This document shows positions 9,638 to 18,082 of a DNA stretch of 20,000 nt, piece after piece. Position numbers and translations under genes: made by a program. A model generated the notes under the pieces. The model ran no database searches. It saw nothing but the letters and a program-made list of their open reading frames with translations, and was not told the DNA's origin. Origin of the DNA: an uncultured virus (IMG/VR IMGVR_UViG_3300047322_000678) (taxonomy: Duplodnaviria; Heunggongvirae; Uroviricota; Caudoviricetes); IMG/VR virus record IMGVR_UViG_3300047322_000678, one strand, 5' to 3'. Numbering within the stretch: the first letter of the stretch is position 1; each line of letters starts with the position of its first letter.

Positions 9638-9867
9638 TAGTCCTCAATCATCGGGTCTTTCTCAATAATCTGGTATTCATGCGCCTGAACCACTTTCCCG
9701 CCATGAACCGGATGCAACTGGATCCGCATCCGTTTAGGTTTCCCATCGGATTCGTCCAGACAATTAGCCACGAACCGTTCGCCCATACAAGCAATGACAT
9801 AGAAGTGACCGATACAGGTCGGTTCCTGTATTTGTAAGGTTCCGGATGGCATCTCAACGGTGATCAT
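9637..9867 (-). CDS. Hypothetical protein (76 aa)
   Basis: The track ORF 9637..9906 more likely starts at ATG 9867 (MITVEMPSG...). This overlaps the upstream stop as ATGA, and its own stop overlaps the next start as TAATG. Confidence 0.55.
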   Translation of the reverse strand: MITVEMPSGTLQIQEPTCIGHFYVIACMGERFVANCLDESDGKPKRMRIQLHPVHGGKVVQAHEYQIIEKDPMIED

Positions 9868-10619
9868 ACGGGTTTGCTCGCGTAAAATTCTTCTTGTTCT
9901 CGCCACACATCTCGACCCAGTTCCGGATCGGCCATGATTCTCTTTCTGGCTTCAATCATTCCCAATGATTCATGCGCTGGTAATCGAGGCAGCACAACGT
10001 CCGGAATTGTTCCGAAATTGAAATGGAAATATGCCGACTTCTGCTCATCGCTGAACGGCTGGCCTCCAACCGTGTGATACAAGAGAGATCCAGTATCGTA
10101 GAACATTGGAGAATATTTGTACGGGATCACTAAAGGATAGAACAAGTTCACCTTCGGAGTAAATTCCGTATCAGCAATTGAGCTTTCGTAAATCTGAATC
10201 AGCTTCCGGGTCTTTTCCGGATCAATATAAAGCAAACTCGTGTGAAGCCTCGCTCTGGTTATGCACCCGGAAAATTCATCACGCCATTCCGGAATCCTCC
10301 ATCCAGCCAATGGACCAGTAAAACTGAATCGCTCAAAGTTCTGGTACAGGATCACATCCGTATCCAGAATGAAAAACGATTCGTTCTGGGTCTGGACCAG
10401 AACCTCGATCCACTTGTGATGGATCGTGTCCACGTACTCCACAGTCGCATCAACCGTGTTGGCGCAGGTCGTGACCATGCGCTTAGCTTCTTCCGGCATG
10501 GCATTGATGCAGACACAGACATCAGCCGTTGGAAACCCGGTTCGGAGCGACTTAAATACCAGAGTCGTGTACGGGAGCAGGTCCAGGCGACGACAGGAAG
10601 CTAAAATGAATACATTCAC
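9864..10619 (-). CDS. Putative GT-A fold glycosyltransferase-like protein
   Basis: 251 aa. N-terminal beta strand (NVFILAS), hydrophobic strand plus DxD motif (FFILDTDVILY), later YDTG and YFHF segments. ATGA overlaps at both ends. Confidence 0.5.
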   Translation of the reverse strand: MNVFILASCRRLDLLPYTTLVFKSLRTGFPTADVCVCINAMPEEAKRMVTTCANTVDATVEYVDTIHHKWIEVLVQTQNESFFILDTDVILYQNFERFSFTGPLAGWRIPEWRDEFSGCITRARLHTSLLYIDPEKTRKLIQIYESSIADTEFTPKVNLFYPLVIPYKYSPMFYDTGSLLYHTVGGQPFSDEQKSAYFHFNFGTIPDVVLPRLPAHESLGMIEARKRIMADPELGRDVWREQEEFYASKPV

Positions 10620-11425
10620 ATTGAGCCTCCACCGCCGCCACCGCCAGTTGCGGCTTGTGACTGAGCACCACTAGCATCGAACGCGGCCCAAGTATCGGGA
10701 TTGGTCTGGTCCCCATACGTTGCGCCGCCGCCACCGAATCCGCCAGACGGAGTGCTGTGCTGTGTCCCTTGAGTGGCGGCACTGCCCACGAAATAACTGG
10801 CCAATGCGTCACCGATTCCACCCAGCCCCTGGCCGAGTGCTCTCCGTTCCAAATCTCCAGATGCCTTTATCTGTTCATCCAGCCATTTCACATTCCATTG
10901 AGCATCCCGCTCGTTCACATCAAAACTCGATTGCTGGCCCGGTGTAACGAACATTCCCGAAAAAGCCGCTTGCGCTGGAGCCATCATCCGTTCAGACGCG
11001 GCCAGCCAGGATTCAGCCGAACTCAGTCCTTTGTTAGTCAGATCCAAGCTGGTCAGGCCAAAATCCCGAGCGACAAGGTTCCGAGCCATGCCAGAACCGG
11101 CTGTGCCACTGGCTAGAGATTTTCCGGCATCGCTCAGAGCTAACTGGGCTTGGACATCAGCCGGGATCTTGCCCTGCACTTCAGACTGGATATTAGCTGA
11201 GATGGCTTTGGACGTATCACTGAATCCGGGAAAGGTCTTGTTGATCAGGGCCAACATCTCGTCGCTGGTCAGGTTCGCCAGCTTAGCTGCATCCGGCGCA
11301 ACTGCTATGTTACCGGCTGCGGCCTTTTGCTGTTCCGTCGCCAGATCCATCGGGGTGAGAGTGGGCGGTTTCGGGTTACGTGCCCCCGACATAACAATAC
11401 CTAAGTAATCACCGAACAAACCCAT
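10616..11425 (-). CDS. Putative small internal virion/ejection (pilot-like) protein
   Basis: 269 aa, Ala/Gly/Ser/Gln-rich, starting MGLFG and with a Gly-rich hydrophobic C-terminus (LGQGLGGIGDALASYFVG). Preceded by purine-rich AAAGGAAAG. Confidence 0.55.
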   Translation of the reverse strand: MGLFGDYLGIVMSGARNPKPPTLTPMDLATEQQKAAAGNIAVAPDAAKLANLTSDEMLALINKTFPGFSDTSKAISANIQSEVQGKIPADVQAQLALSDAGKSLASGTAGSGMARNLVARDFGLTSLDLTNKGLSSAESWLAASERMMAPAQAAFSGMFVTPGQQSSFDVNERDAQWNVKWLDEQIKASGDLERRALGQGLGGIGDALASYFVGSAATQGTQHSTPSGGFGGGGATYGDQTNPDTWAAFDASGAQSQAATGGGGGGGSM

Positions 11426-11426
11426 A

Positions 11427-12141
11427 CGTTAGTTCTTTCCTTTGTAAAAATTGGTTGTCATTACAGATTAAGGAGCGGTTGATTAGTGAAGTGAAGTTCG
11501 GATGGGAGTTTGGCGTGTTTCTGTAAGTTACACTTTGGACATGACGCAGCGAGGTTATCCGAGGCGTGGTTTCCACTTTTCGACAAAGCAATTACGTGGT
11601 CAATATGAGCCAGCTTTCCAGAAATTCTCTTACCACAATAATAACATGGGATTGACTCTTTAGAACGAACAAATTTGTAAAAAGCATCAGCGTTAAAATC
11701 TATCTTTGCACCTGCCCTTTTTGCCCTTCTTCGTTTTGTGGCAGCATTAACTCTATCTTTATTTTTTCCCTTCCATCTTCTGGAATATTCCGCGTGTCTC
11801 TCGGGGTGATTTTTACGACTTTCCCTATTACCAATCAACCTTGCTTCTGTTTTATGCCATGCTTGAACTTTTTCTGGATTTGCAGCATTCCATTTCTTCT
11901 TATTTGTGGCAACTCTTAACGCATTTTCAGTTGCCCATTTTTTTGAAGCCAAAGCAGCCTTCTCTTTATGAGTTTCGTAATAATGCCTATCCCAAACCTT
12001 TCTCTGACCTGGATTTAGCACTTTTCTCTGTCTGTTTTGCTCAAGAATCTTATCACGATTTTTATGGTAATACTCAAGGTGGTATCGGCTCACTTCTTCA
12101 CGATGAGCCGCCGACCATTGTTTGCACCTTTCAGCGTTAGT
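11427..12141. mobile_element. HNH endonuclease insertion bounded by 7-bp direct repeats
   Basis: CGTTAGT at 11427-11433 and at 12135-12141, with an AT-rich interior. Confidence 0.45.
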
Positions 12142-12144
12142 CAT
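11461..12144 (-). CDS. Free-standing HNH endonuclease
   Basis: C-terminal CYYC...HIDHVIALSKSG...NLAASCPKCNLQKH HNH/Zn motif. Basic N-terminal helical repeats (KKWATENA, KKWNAANPEK, RRWKGKNKDR). Visibly more AT-rich than the flanking genes. Confidence 0.9.
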   Translation of the reverse strand: MTNAERCKQWSAAHREEVSRYHLEYYHKNRDKILEQNRQRKVLNPGQRKVWDRHYYETHKEKAALASKKWATENALRVATNKKKWNAANPEKVQAWHKTEARLIGNRESRKNHPERHAEYSRRWKGKNKDRVNAATKRRRAKRAGAKIDFNADAFYKFVRSKESIPCYYCGKRISGKLAHIDHVIALSKSGNHASDNLAASCPKCNLQKHAKLPSELHFTNQPLLNL

Positions 12145-13184
12145 ATCGGTGCGTAAATTGGATCAGCGTAAATCCCGCTACTAATTACGTTGATACTCGG
12201 AGTGGTTGCATCTCCCCTGTAATGCTGCATCTCCTTGTTTAGTAGATTCAACGCCACCGCCAGACCCGACATCACGATCTGGTTCGACTTTACCGAATCT
12301 GGTTCATTTTCTGCCCGATTCAACGCGGCCATCATCTCAGTCACGGCAGGGATATTGCTAATTGTCAAATAATCAGTATCTCGCTTTACCGGAATGAAGT
12401 CCAGCTTTACCGCAGCGTCCACGAGAGTCTGAGTGCATGGCGATGTTGCTGACGAAGCCTGCCTCATGCCGGGAAAATAATATCGCGCCATGCTTGGCCG
12501 ATAATCGTCATATTGATACGTGCCGATAAGGCGTTGAAGTCCGGTCGTCGTGCTCAATTCCCATAACCAAATTTGGCCATCGAGATTATCCGGCAATTGC
12601 AAATCGGTAACAGAGCTGAAAATATTCACACTGTCCGTTCCCGGTGCCTGAGTCAGAGACAAAATTTCTCCATCCGAAACAACGCCACTCTGTACCGTGC
12701 GGATCCAGTTAGCCGACGAGTCAAATCCTAAAGAAAGAACCGGCTTTCCAATATCACTTGAAAGATCGCAAGCAATGCGTAGTTTTTTATCCACGCCCGC
12801 TATTTCGGAGAACGTGCAGAATCTACCTCGAAAAATTGCTTCACCGCCGCCACACTGATAATTAAAACCACATCCAGTTGACCCCCGAAAACCTCCACGA
12901 ATCCCCGCTCCGTTTTCTGCAAACTCGTAAAGCATATCCCGAATCTGCAAAGGCTGGCCGCACACAGCAACACCTTCGATTGAGGCTATGCCTCGGGGCA
13001 AAGTGATACATCCATTAGTTGCACAGAAGCGGTAGCGTACTAAACAGCCTTCCCAGTGCCCTTCATAAACCAATCTGCGAACCGCATCGTTACACAACTG
13101 CAAAAATCTAGGGTCATCAGCACAGGCCCCGCAACGAGCCGGTGCCCTGCTATTCTTCAAATCGCCTAGAGTTGATCTTGGCAT
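12141..13184 (-). CDS. Virion structural protein, probably head-tail adaptor / tail tubular protein A-like
   Basis: 347 aa. N-terminal helix (FLQLCNDAVRRLV), then a ITLPRGIASIEGV beta segment and C-terminal helices, as in adaptor proteins. Located in the tail module. Confidence 0.5.
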   Translation of the reverse strand: MPRSTLGDLKNSRAPARCGACADDPRFLQLCNDAVRRLVYEGHWEGCLVRYRFCATNGCITLPRGIASIEGVAVCGQPLQIRDMLYEFAENGAGIRGGFRGSTGCGFNYQCGGGEAIFRGRFCTFSEIAGVDKKLRIACDLSSDIGKPVLSLGFDSSANWIRTVQSGVVSDGEILSLTQAPGTDSVNIFSSVTDLQLPDNLDGQIWLWELSTTTGLQRLIGTYQYDDYRPSMARYYFPGMRQASSATSPCTQTLVDAAVKLDFIPVKRDTDYLTISNIPAVTEMMAALNRAENEPDSVKSNQIVMSGLAVALNLLNKEMQHYRGDATTPSINVISSGIYADPIYAPI

Positions 13185-13187
13185 ACC

Positions 13188-13967
13188 TCAAGCATCGACC
13201 CTGTAAAACTGGCGCGAACTTCTCTGAAGCAGATACCCGACCACGTACGGATTCATCAGATTCATCGGCAGCGCCACCGCTGGATTGCCCTGGCCCCCGG
13301 TGGAATTGGTATTGAGCGTAATGGATCCCGGCCTGTTCCCTTTATCAGCCGGATCCACGAGACAGTCCGTATCCTGACCAGACTGCGGTTCAGTAAAGAA
13401 ATCCATCGAGTGAGTATGTGGCGGCATCTGGGTCACATCCTGAATGATGGTTTCGTTCCCGCCAACATCGCTCAGGTTCAGGATCTGACCGCTCGGCAAT
13501 GTCCCGGCTGCGATTGGGAACTGAGCGGCTATGACAAAATTGGTTGGAGGACTGTCCGTGGAAAGTGGCTTTCCATCATTGGTCGCAAACTGCCACATCG
13601 GGCCGGTGTACGGGCTGAGAACGGCATTTTCACCGCCATCGAAAGTTTTAATTGTCGTGCCATCCATCGGCCCGAAATACCACATGGTCAGGCCCGAATT
13701 TATTCCATGCAGCGACAGCCACGCGCCTTGAGCGAAGAAATAGACCCGGCTCGGAACCCCTGCCGGATTCGATCCCAATTGCAGCCAGGCTGTGTTCCCC
13801 TGAAATTCCGGTCCCGGCTTCGTCGCGCTCGCAATGAAGTTGACGAACATGGCCGGGAGCGTGACAGACTGGTTCGCAGAGAACTCGTTCAGTATGCCTT
13901 GCCAAGTTGTGGGACAGAACCCTGACGGGAGCGTTGCTGGATTTACTGGTAGAACCACGTCAGGCAT
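13188..13967 (-). CDS. Tail collar/baseplate-wedge-like or short fibre protein
   Basis: 259 aa. GGNETIIQDVTQMPPHTH...TGG...NLMNPYVVGYLLQR matches the GGxE...MPxHxH...PYxV pattern of T4 gp10/gp12-like C-terminal domains. Confidence 0.65.
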   Translation of the reverse strand: MPDVVLPVNPATLPSGFCPTTWQGILNEFSANQSVTLPAMFVNFIASATKPGPEFQGNTAWLQLGSNPAGVPSRVYFFAQGAWLSLHGINSGLTMWYFGPMDGTTIKTFDGGENAVLSPYTGPMWQFATNDGKPLSTDSPPTNFVIAAQFPIAAGTLPSGQILNLSDVGGNETIIQDVTQMPPHTHSMDFFTEPQSGQDTDCLVDPADKGNRPGSITLNTNSTGGQGNPAVALPMNLMNPYVVGYLLQRSSRQFYRVDA

Positions 13968-13992
13968 AAATTAAGATTGTGCGATGAATTGA

Positions 13993-14021
13993 TTGACTCG
14001 GAGTATATAATAACGCACAAT
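13993..14021 (+). promoter_or_regulatory. Candidate sigma70-type promoter for the LAGLIDADG gene
   Basis: TTGACT (13993-13998), 17 nt, CACAAT (14016-14021), then ATG at 14028, which would give a leaderless transcript. A perfect TATAAT also lies at 14006-14011. Confidence 0.4.
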
Positions 14022-14027
14022 TGGCAC

Positions 14028-14630
14028 ATGGCGCACCATGATGCTTATACTGGTAAAGAAACTACGCTCGTAAGAAGGCTTTATCCGAGGTCCACCAAGC
14101 AGGAAATTATGAAGGTTCTTCCTGGAAGAAGTTGGACGGGGATAAAGGATCACGCTCATAGACATGGAATAAAGCGAAATAATTTTGCTAAATACAACGG
14201 CGTAGAACGAACTAAACGCTTGAAATTGTTTCAGAAATTGTCGTCCCACGATCTCGCTTATTTTGCTGGAATATTGGACGGAGAAGGAACGATTACGTTT
14301 GGGCGACAAGTCGGGATAAATAAAACAAAACGGTGGGTTTACTGGTCCACCTTGTGTATTGTCAACACTAGCTGCAATCTCTTGAAGTGGATACAAAACA
14401 GGATTCCGGGAAGGATTTATAGCAAAAAATCGCTTCCAAATGGACGCCCGTGTTGGTGTTTGGCAATTGGCGGCTTTTGGATCGTAAAACACGTTCTTGA
14501 AGCTTTGATGCCGTATTTGGTGATTAAACGGCCCCAAGCTGAACTTCTTGTTAAGGGGTACCTTCACCTTTCTGATCCTCAACGAGAAAAGTTGTTTTTT
14601 AGGCTTCGAAAGCTGAAACATAATAATTAA
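14028..14630 (+). CDS. Single-motif LAGLIDADG homing endonuclease with N-terminal Myb/HTH-like segment
   Basis: LAYFAGILDGEGTI motif and downstream LMPYLVIKRPQAELL, typical of I-CreI-like enzymes. N-terminal YTGKETTLVRRLYP...LPGRSWTGI segment. The track starts at 13977; ATG 14028 is preferred because of the promoter position. Confidence 0.88.
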   Translation: MAHHDAYTGKETTLVRRLYPRSTKQEIMKVLPGRSWTGIKDHAHRHGIKRNNFAKYNGVERTKRLKLFQKLSSHDLAYFAGILDGEGTITFGRQVGINKTKRWVYWSTLCIVNTSCNLLKWIQNRIPGRIYSKKSLPNGRPCWCLAIGGFWIVKHVLEALMPYLVIKRPQAELLVKGYLHLSDPQREKLFFRLRKLKHNN

Positions 14631-16699
14631 GTTCCAGTCACAGAGTACGTAAAGTAATCGGTTTGACAACCAGTTAATGTAACACATTCCTGCGTCTCGC
14701 ACACCGTATGCCCGTCCATCGGAGTCGGGTCCATCATGGAATGGGATCGACCACGCCTGAATCGGCAATGGCCCGTAACCTCAATTCGTTCCTGAAAATC
14801 GAATGCGTAATTGATCGGGGTGCCAGTTAAGGCACAGGTTTCGGGTGGTTGTGGCCAAGTGATCCGTGCCTTATAGCCCGGATTCCGCATCTGAATCACA
14901 GCACAATCAGCCGGTGGATTGCACTGGCTCAGATTCGCGCAGATCGTAATCGGTGGTCCCCAATTTTGCCATGAAGGAAATTGATCCGGCTTAAATTTTA
15001 GCTGAATCGTGACCGAATCAACCACGTCATCCACGTACAGCTCAAACATTCTGAGCTTTTTCCGTTCAAACGGCTGACCGAAATCATCACTTCTCGTCTC
15101 GAACCATGACTCGATTGCTGTCCTGGTAATGGTCGTGTGCCCGCCACCAACAGTCGTGTACTGATCGTAATAGCCCTCAGTCAGAAACTCCCAGAACTCG
15201 AATGTGCCGTTGTTATTGACCCAAGCAAATCCCCGCTCAACATCATTGACCGTGGCCTTGAACACTTGGAATATGTCCAGCCCGGTCCATGCCCCTTCAA
15301 AAGCCGGATTCTGTTTTCCCTGCAACCCGCTGATCAGGTCCAGGTTCAGCACAGTCAGACCCCGATGCGAAATGCCCACATCAGATCGGTGCGGAGACAG
15401 GCTCTGCAAGATCCGGTTATCGAACAAGATCGTGCTGCCGTAGAACAGGAGCGATTCCGTGTCAAAATCCAGTAACGGCGAGATTTCGTGACTGATTGGA
15501 GTATTGCCAGGGCCGGCATTGTAATAGCGATGAGCCGATATGAATGAACGCCAACCGTCCTGTGACCGATACCACATGTCGCCATTGACCGGGATGGTCG
15601 AGCGCGGTCCCTGCGGACCGTAATCGAGCAGGGAGATGGTCTGGATCGGATATTGCAGATTCTTCCAGACAGTGCGGTCCACCGGCGCATTGATGGAGTA
15701 CACGGCGTTTGTGGTCCCGACCAGCAACACGCCCAAGCCAAGACTGGTATCGGGCGTGGCGAGGAACTGCATAGCTGTGATTGGCCCGCCATTGGACGGC
15801 ACCACGAAAGATCCGCCTTCATTCAAGAAATCGTTCTCGGTAAATTTCAGGACCGCATCCCGATTGTTCAGGCTCGGTGTCCCGCTCGGGCCATTAACCA
15901 GATCCCCGGCCACCATCGAATGCTGATCGTTTAGCGAGATCCAGACCCGACCCCAACCGTATGCGCCAAGAATGCCCGGTGGCAACTCGCCCGGACCAGC
16001 TTCTCTGGCTTGGCTCCCGTCGAAGAACACGGTCTTGTGTTGGCCCCGGAGAATGATCATGTATGTCTCAGCCTGAAACATGTAAATCAAATCGTCTGAG
16101 GCGAGACTGGTCAGCCATTCGATGATCTGGTTTGAACCAGAATCCAGCACGGCATTGCCCATGATCGCCACGGCATTAGCTGCGCCGGCCACGTATTGAA
16201 GTGTCAACTGATCCGTCGCCCGATTCACAACCAGATACTGACCGGAATCAATAAAAACCGTATCGCCAGTCGCAATCGGGGTTTCGCTTGTAACAAACAC
16301 AGTTACAGTCGCGGCAGGAGCAGGTACGGTAAAATCTGCCGTGGTGACGATGTTCAGGCGCGGGGTGATCTCGGTCAAAGAATTGGTCATGCCCAGAACC
16401 AATCTGAACAGTTTCCCGCCCCGCGCTATTATGTCACAGCTTTGACCGTCCCCGCCATCGTACCAGGCTGTGCCCTGATACTTGCCCGTGAACCGTCCCC
16501 CGGTGTTATCGGTCACAACATGATTCATCCACGGTGGCCGGGTCATTATGTAATCGCCCCGGATGGTCATGTTCACGGCTCCGGCAAATTGATCGACGCC
16601 GATGAGGGATGGGGCGGTGCCGGCATCGAGGCCACTCTGCAAAGTCGTAAACTGCCCGTACACTCTCGAACCTGGTTCTCTGGGTGGCGTTGCGGGCAT
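14627..16699 (-). CDS. Tail tubular protein B / P22 gp10-like stabilization (nozzle) protein
   Basis: 690 aa, beta-rich. N-terminal GLDAG...AVNMTIRGDYIMTRPP, propeller-like segments (GRVWIS, LLVGTTNAVYS, GDMWYRSQDGWRS) and C-terminal FETRSDDFGQPFERKKL. Size and context fit. Confidence 0.65.
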   Translation of the reverse strand: MPATPPREPGSRVYGQFTTLQSGLDAGTAPSLIGVDQFAGAVNMTIRGDYIMTRPPWMNHVVTDNTGGRFTGKYQGTAWYDGGDGQSCDIIARGGKLFRLVLGMTNSLTEITPRLNIVTTADFTVPAPAATVTVFVTSETPIATGDTVFIDSGQYLVVNRATDQLTLQYVAGAANAVAIMGNAVLDSGSNQIIEWLTSLASDDLIYMFQAETYMIILRGQHKTVFFDGSQAREAGPGELPPGILGAYGWGRVWISLNDQHSMVAGDLVNGPSGTPSLNNRDAVLKFTENDFLNEGGSFVVPSNGGPITAMQFLATPDTSLGLGVLLVGTTNAVYSINAPVDRTVWKNLQYPIQTISLLDYGPQGPRSTIPVNGDMWYRSQDGWRSFISAHRYYNAGPGNTPISHEISPLLDFDTESLLFYGSTILFDNRILQSLSPHRSDVGISHRGLTVLNLDLISGLQGKQNPAFEGAWTGLDIFQVFKATVNDVERGFAWVNNNGTFEFWEFLTEGYYDQYTTVGGGHTTITRTAIESWFETRSDDFGQPFERKKLRMFELYVDDVVDSVTIQLKFKPDQFPSWQNWGPPITICANLSQCNPPADCAVIQMRNPGYKARITWPQPPETCALTGTPINYAFDFQERIEVTGHCRFRRGRSHSMMDPTPMDGHTVCETQECVTLTGCQTDYFTYSVTGT

Positions 16700-16737
16700 A
16701 TCCGTTATTGTTCTATACGTCTCATGTCACGGATTAG

Positions 16738-17361
16738 TCAAGGCTTAACTGCGACAAGAGTGGCAATCATGTCCTGAGCTGCTTCCTTCAAGAATGTCAT
16801 AGCATACTGCTGATATTCCTGATTCCGGACAGCAACTTCCGGGTTCAAACTGTACCCCCATGTCACCTCGAAATTGACCTTATACCCCCAAGAAAGATGC
16901 TGTGCATCCGTGTGCGGTGCGTTGGCCATTCGCCAATCTTTTTTGAGATAGAACCACAGAAACTCGCTCATCGGTGGCCATTTATGCGTCGGATCTCCGT
17001 AAGACCGACAGGAAGCCCAATGCGGCGTGATGATGGTCGCCTTAGCACCAGGCTTGAGCACGCGCCAAAGCTCGTTCAGAAAATGAACTCGTTCTATCGA
17101 ATCGAAATGTTCAAGACAGTGGCTGCTGTGAGCTTCATCCACTGTGCTGTCCTTCCAAGGCCAGGTCTTGTTCAGGTCGGCAACAACGTCCACATTCGGA
17201 AACGCCGTCTGATCGCATCCGATAAAGCCGGGTTTTTTGTTCGGGCCGCAGCCGATGTCGATCCGAATCGGTTCATGGACAATTTCAAGTGCTGGAATTG
17301 ATCCGTTACTGGATTTTATTCCTGCGCGACGATTACGGCTGTTGAGTTTGAGGGTTTTCAT
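16738..17361 (-). CDS. Class I SAM-dependent methyltransferase
   Basis: IDIGCG motif I, plus SSHCLEH and ELWRVLKPGA motifs. Likely start is ATG 17361, 1 nt after the GT stop (the track begins at 17400). Confidence 0.85.
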   Translation of the reverse strand: MKTLKLNSRNRRAGIKSSNGSIPALEIVHEPIRIDIGCGPNKKPGFIGCDQTAFPNVDVVADLNKTWPWKDSTVDEAHSSHCLEHFDSIERVHFLNELWRVLKPGAKATIITPHWASCRSYGDPTHKWPPMSEFLWFYLKKDWRMANAPHTDAQHLSWGYKVNFEVTWGYSLNPEVAVRNQEYQQYAMTFLKEAAQDMIATLVAVKP

Positions 17362-17362
17362 T

Positions 17363-18082
17363 TTACCAGACGATACCCGACTGTAAATCAAGGTGTCCAC
17401 ATTTTACTCGGGTATCCACACAACATCGGTATCCCCACTTGCGAGCCTTGCTCCAAAAAGCGAGGTCTTGCGTAGATACACCATTTGCACCTTTCTCCGT
17501 TTTGAACCAAGGCTTTTCAATGCGCTCATCTTTAAACATCGACATGCGCCAAATGGCCATTCCCATTCCAGTGCCACAGCACTCCTGAACCGTTTCAGGT
17601 TTTGGTATCTGCGGTCTAAAGTTTAAAACCGGATCACTCGGATCTCCCCAAATTTGCGGACAACCTCCTTCTCCTTTACAAAAATATAAAGCGCTCGCAC
17701 AGGCAAATTCCGGGTGTTGCTCCAGCGTTTCAAGCAATTTCAAAACCCCATCCTGCGGTGGGAGATTATCATGCTCCAAAGTGCAGATGAACTGGAAATC
17801 TTTAAGATTAGGATGCGCTATTACCTGTTCAATCGCTGAACTGTACGCGTGCCCCACCTCCATGCCTTGAGCAAGTATCCGAATAACTCCATTGTTAGGT
17901 GGCCAGATAATCCCCCAATGACATAGAGCAACTTTAGCCGAAATCATCGTGTCGGCGGGTATTATAACGACAATGTTCTGGCGCTTCCATGAGCCGCCAC
18001 GAATCAATCTGTCCCTGGTCTTTTCCGGGTCGGAGTTATGAACTCCTCCAACTTCTTGCATAATAAGAGCCGGTTCGTTCAT
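17363..18082 (-). CDS. GT-A (family 2-like) glycosyltransferase
   Basis: IVVIIP strand, FICTLEHD (DxD-like), GTGMGMAIWRMSMF, TQDLAFW (ED-type motif) and VDTRVKCGH. ATGA overlap with the fibre gene stop. Confidence 0.75.
   Translation of the reverse strand: MNEPALIMQEVGGVHNSDPEKTRDRLIRGGSWKRQNIVVIIPADTMISAKVALCHWGIIWPPNNGVIRILAQGMEVGHAYSSAIEQVIAHPNLKDFQFICTLEHDNLPPQDGVLKLLETLEQHPEFACASALYFCKGEGGCPQIWGDPSDPVLNFRPQIPKPETVQECCGTGMGMAIWRMSMFKDERIEKPWFKTEKGANGVSTQDLAFWSKARKWGYRCCVDTRVKCGHLDLQSGIVW

Larger units (their letters stand above)
13969..14631. mobile_element. Inverted LAGLIDADG endonuclease insertion bounded by 7-bp direct repeats
   Basis: AATTAAG at 13969-13975 and at 14625-14631. AT-rich interior, and the only convincing plus-strand gene in the window. 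Confidence 0.5.

Noticed and set aside
11427..14631. Group I intron or intein hosting the endonucleases
   Set aside because: The flanking genes are complete with their own starts and stops, there is no room for an intron core, and no intein terminal motifs are visible.
16700..16741. Minus-strand promoter or hairpin (TTGACT-N18-TATAGA; ATCCGT/ACGGAT inverted repeat)
   Set aside because: The -10 match is weak, and the 6-bp stem has a large loop and no U-tract, so it is not supportable.
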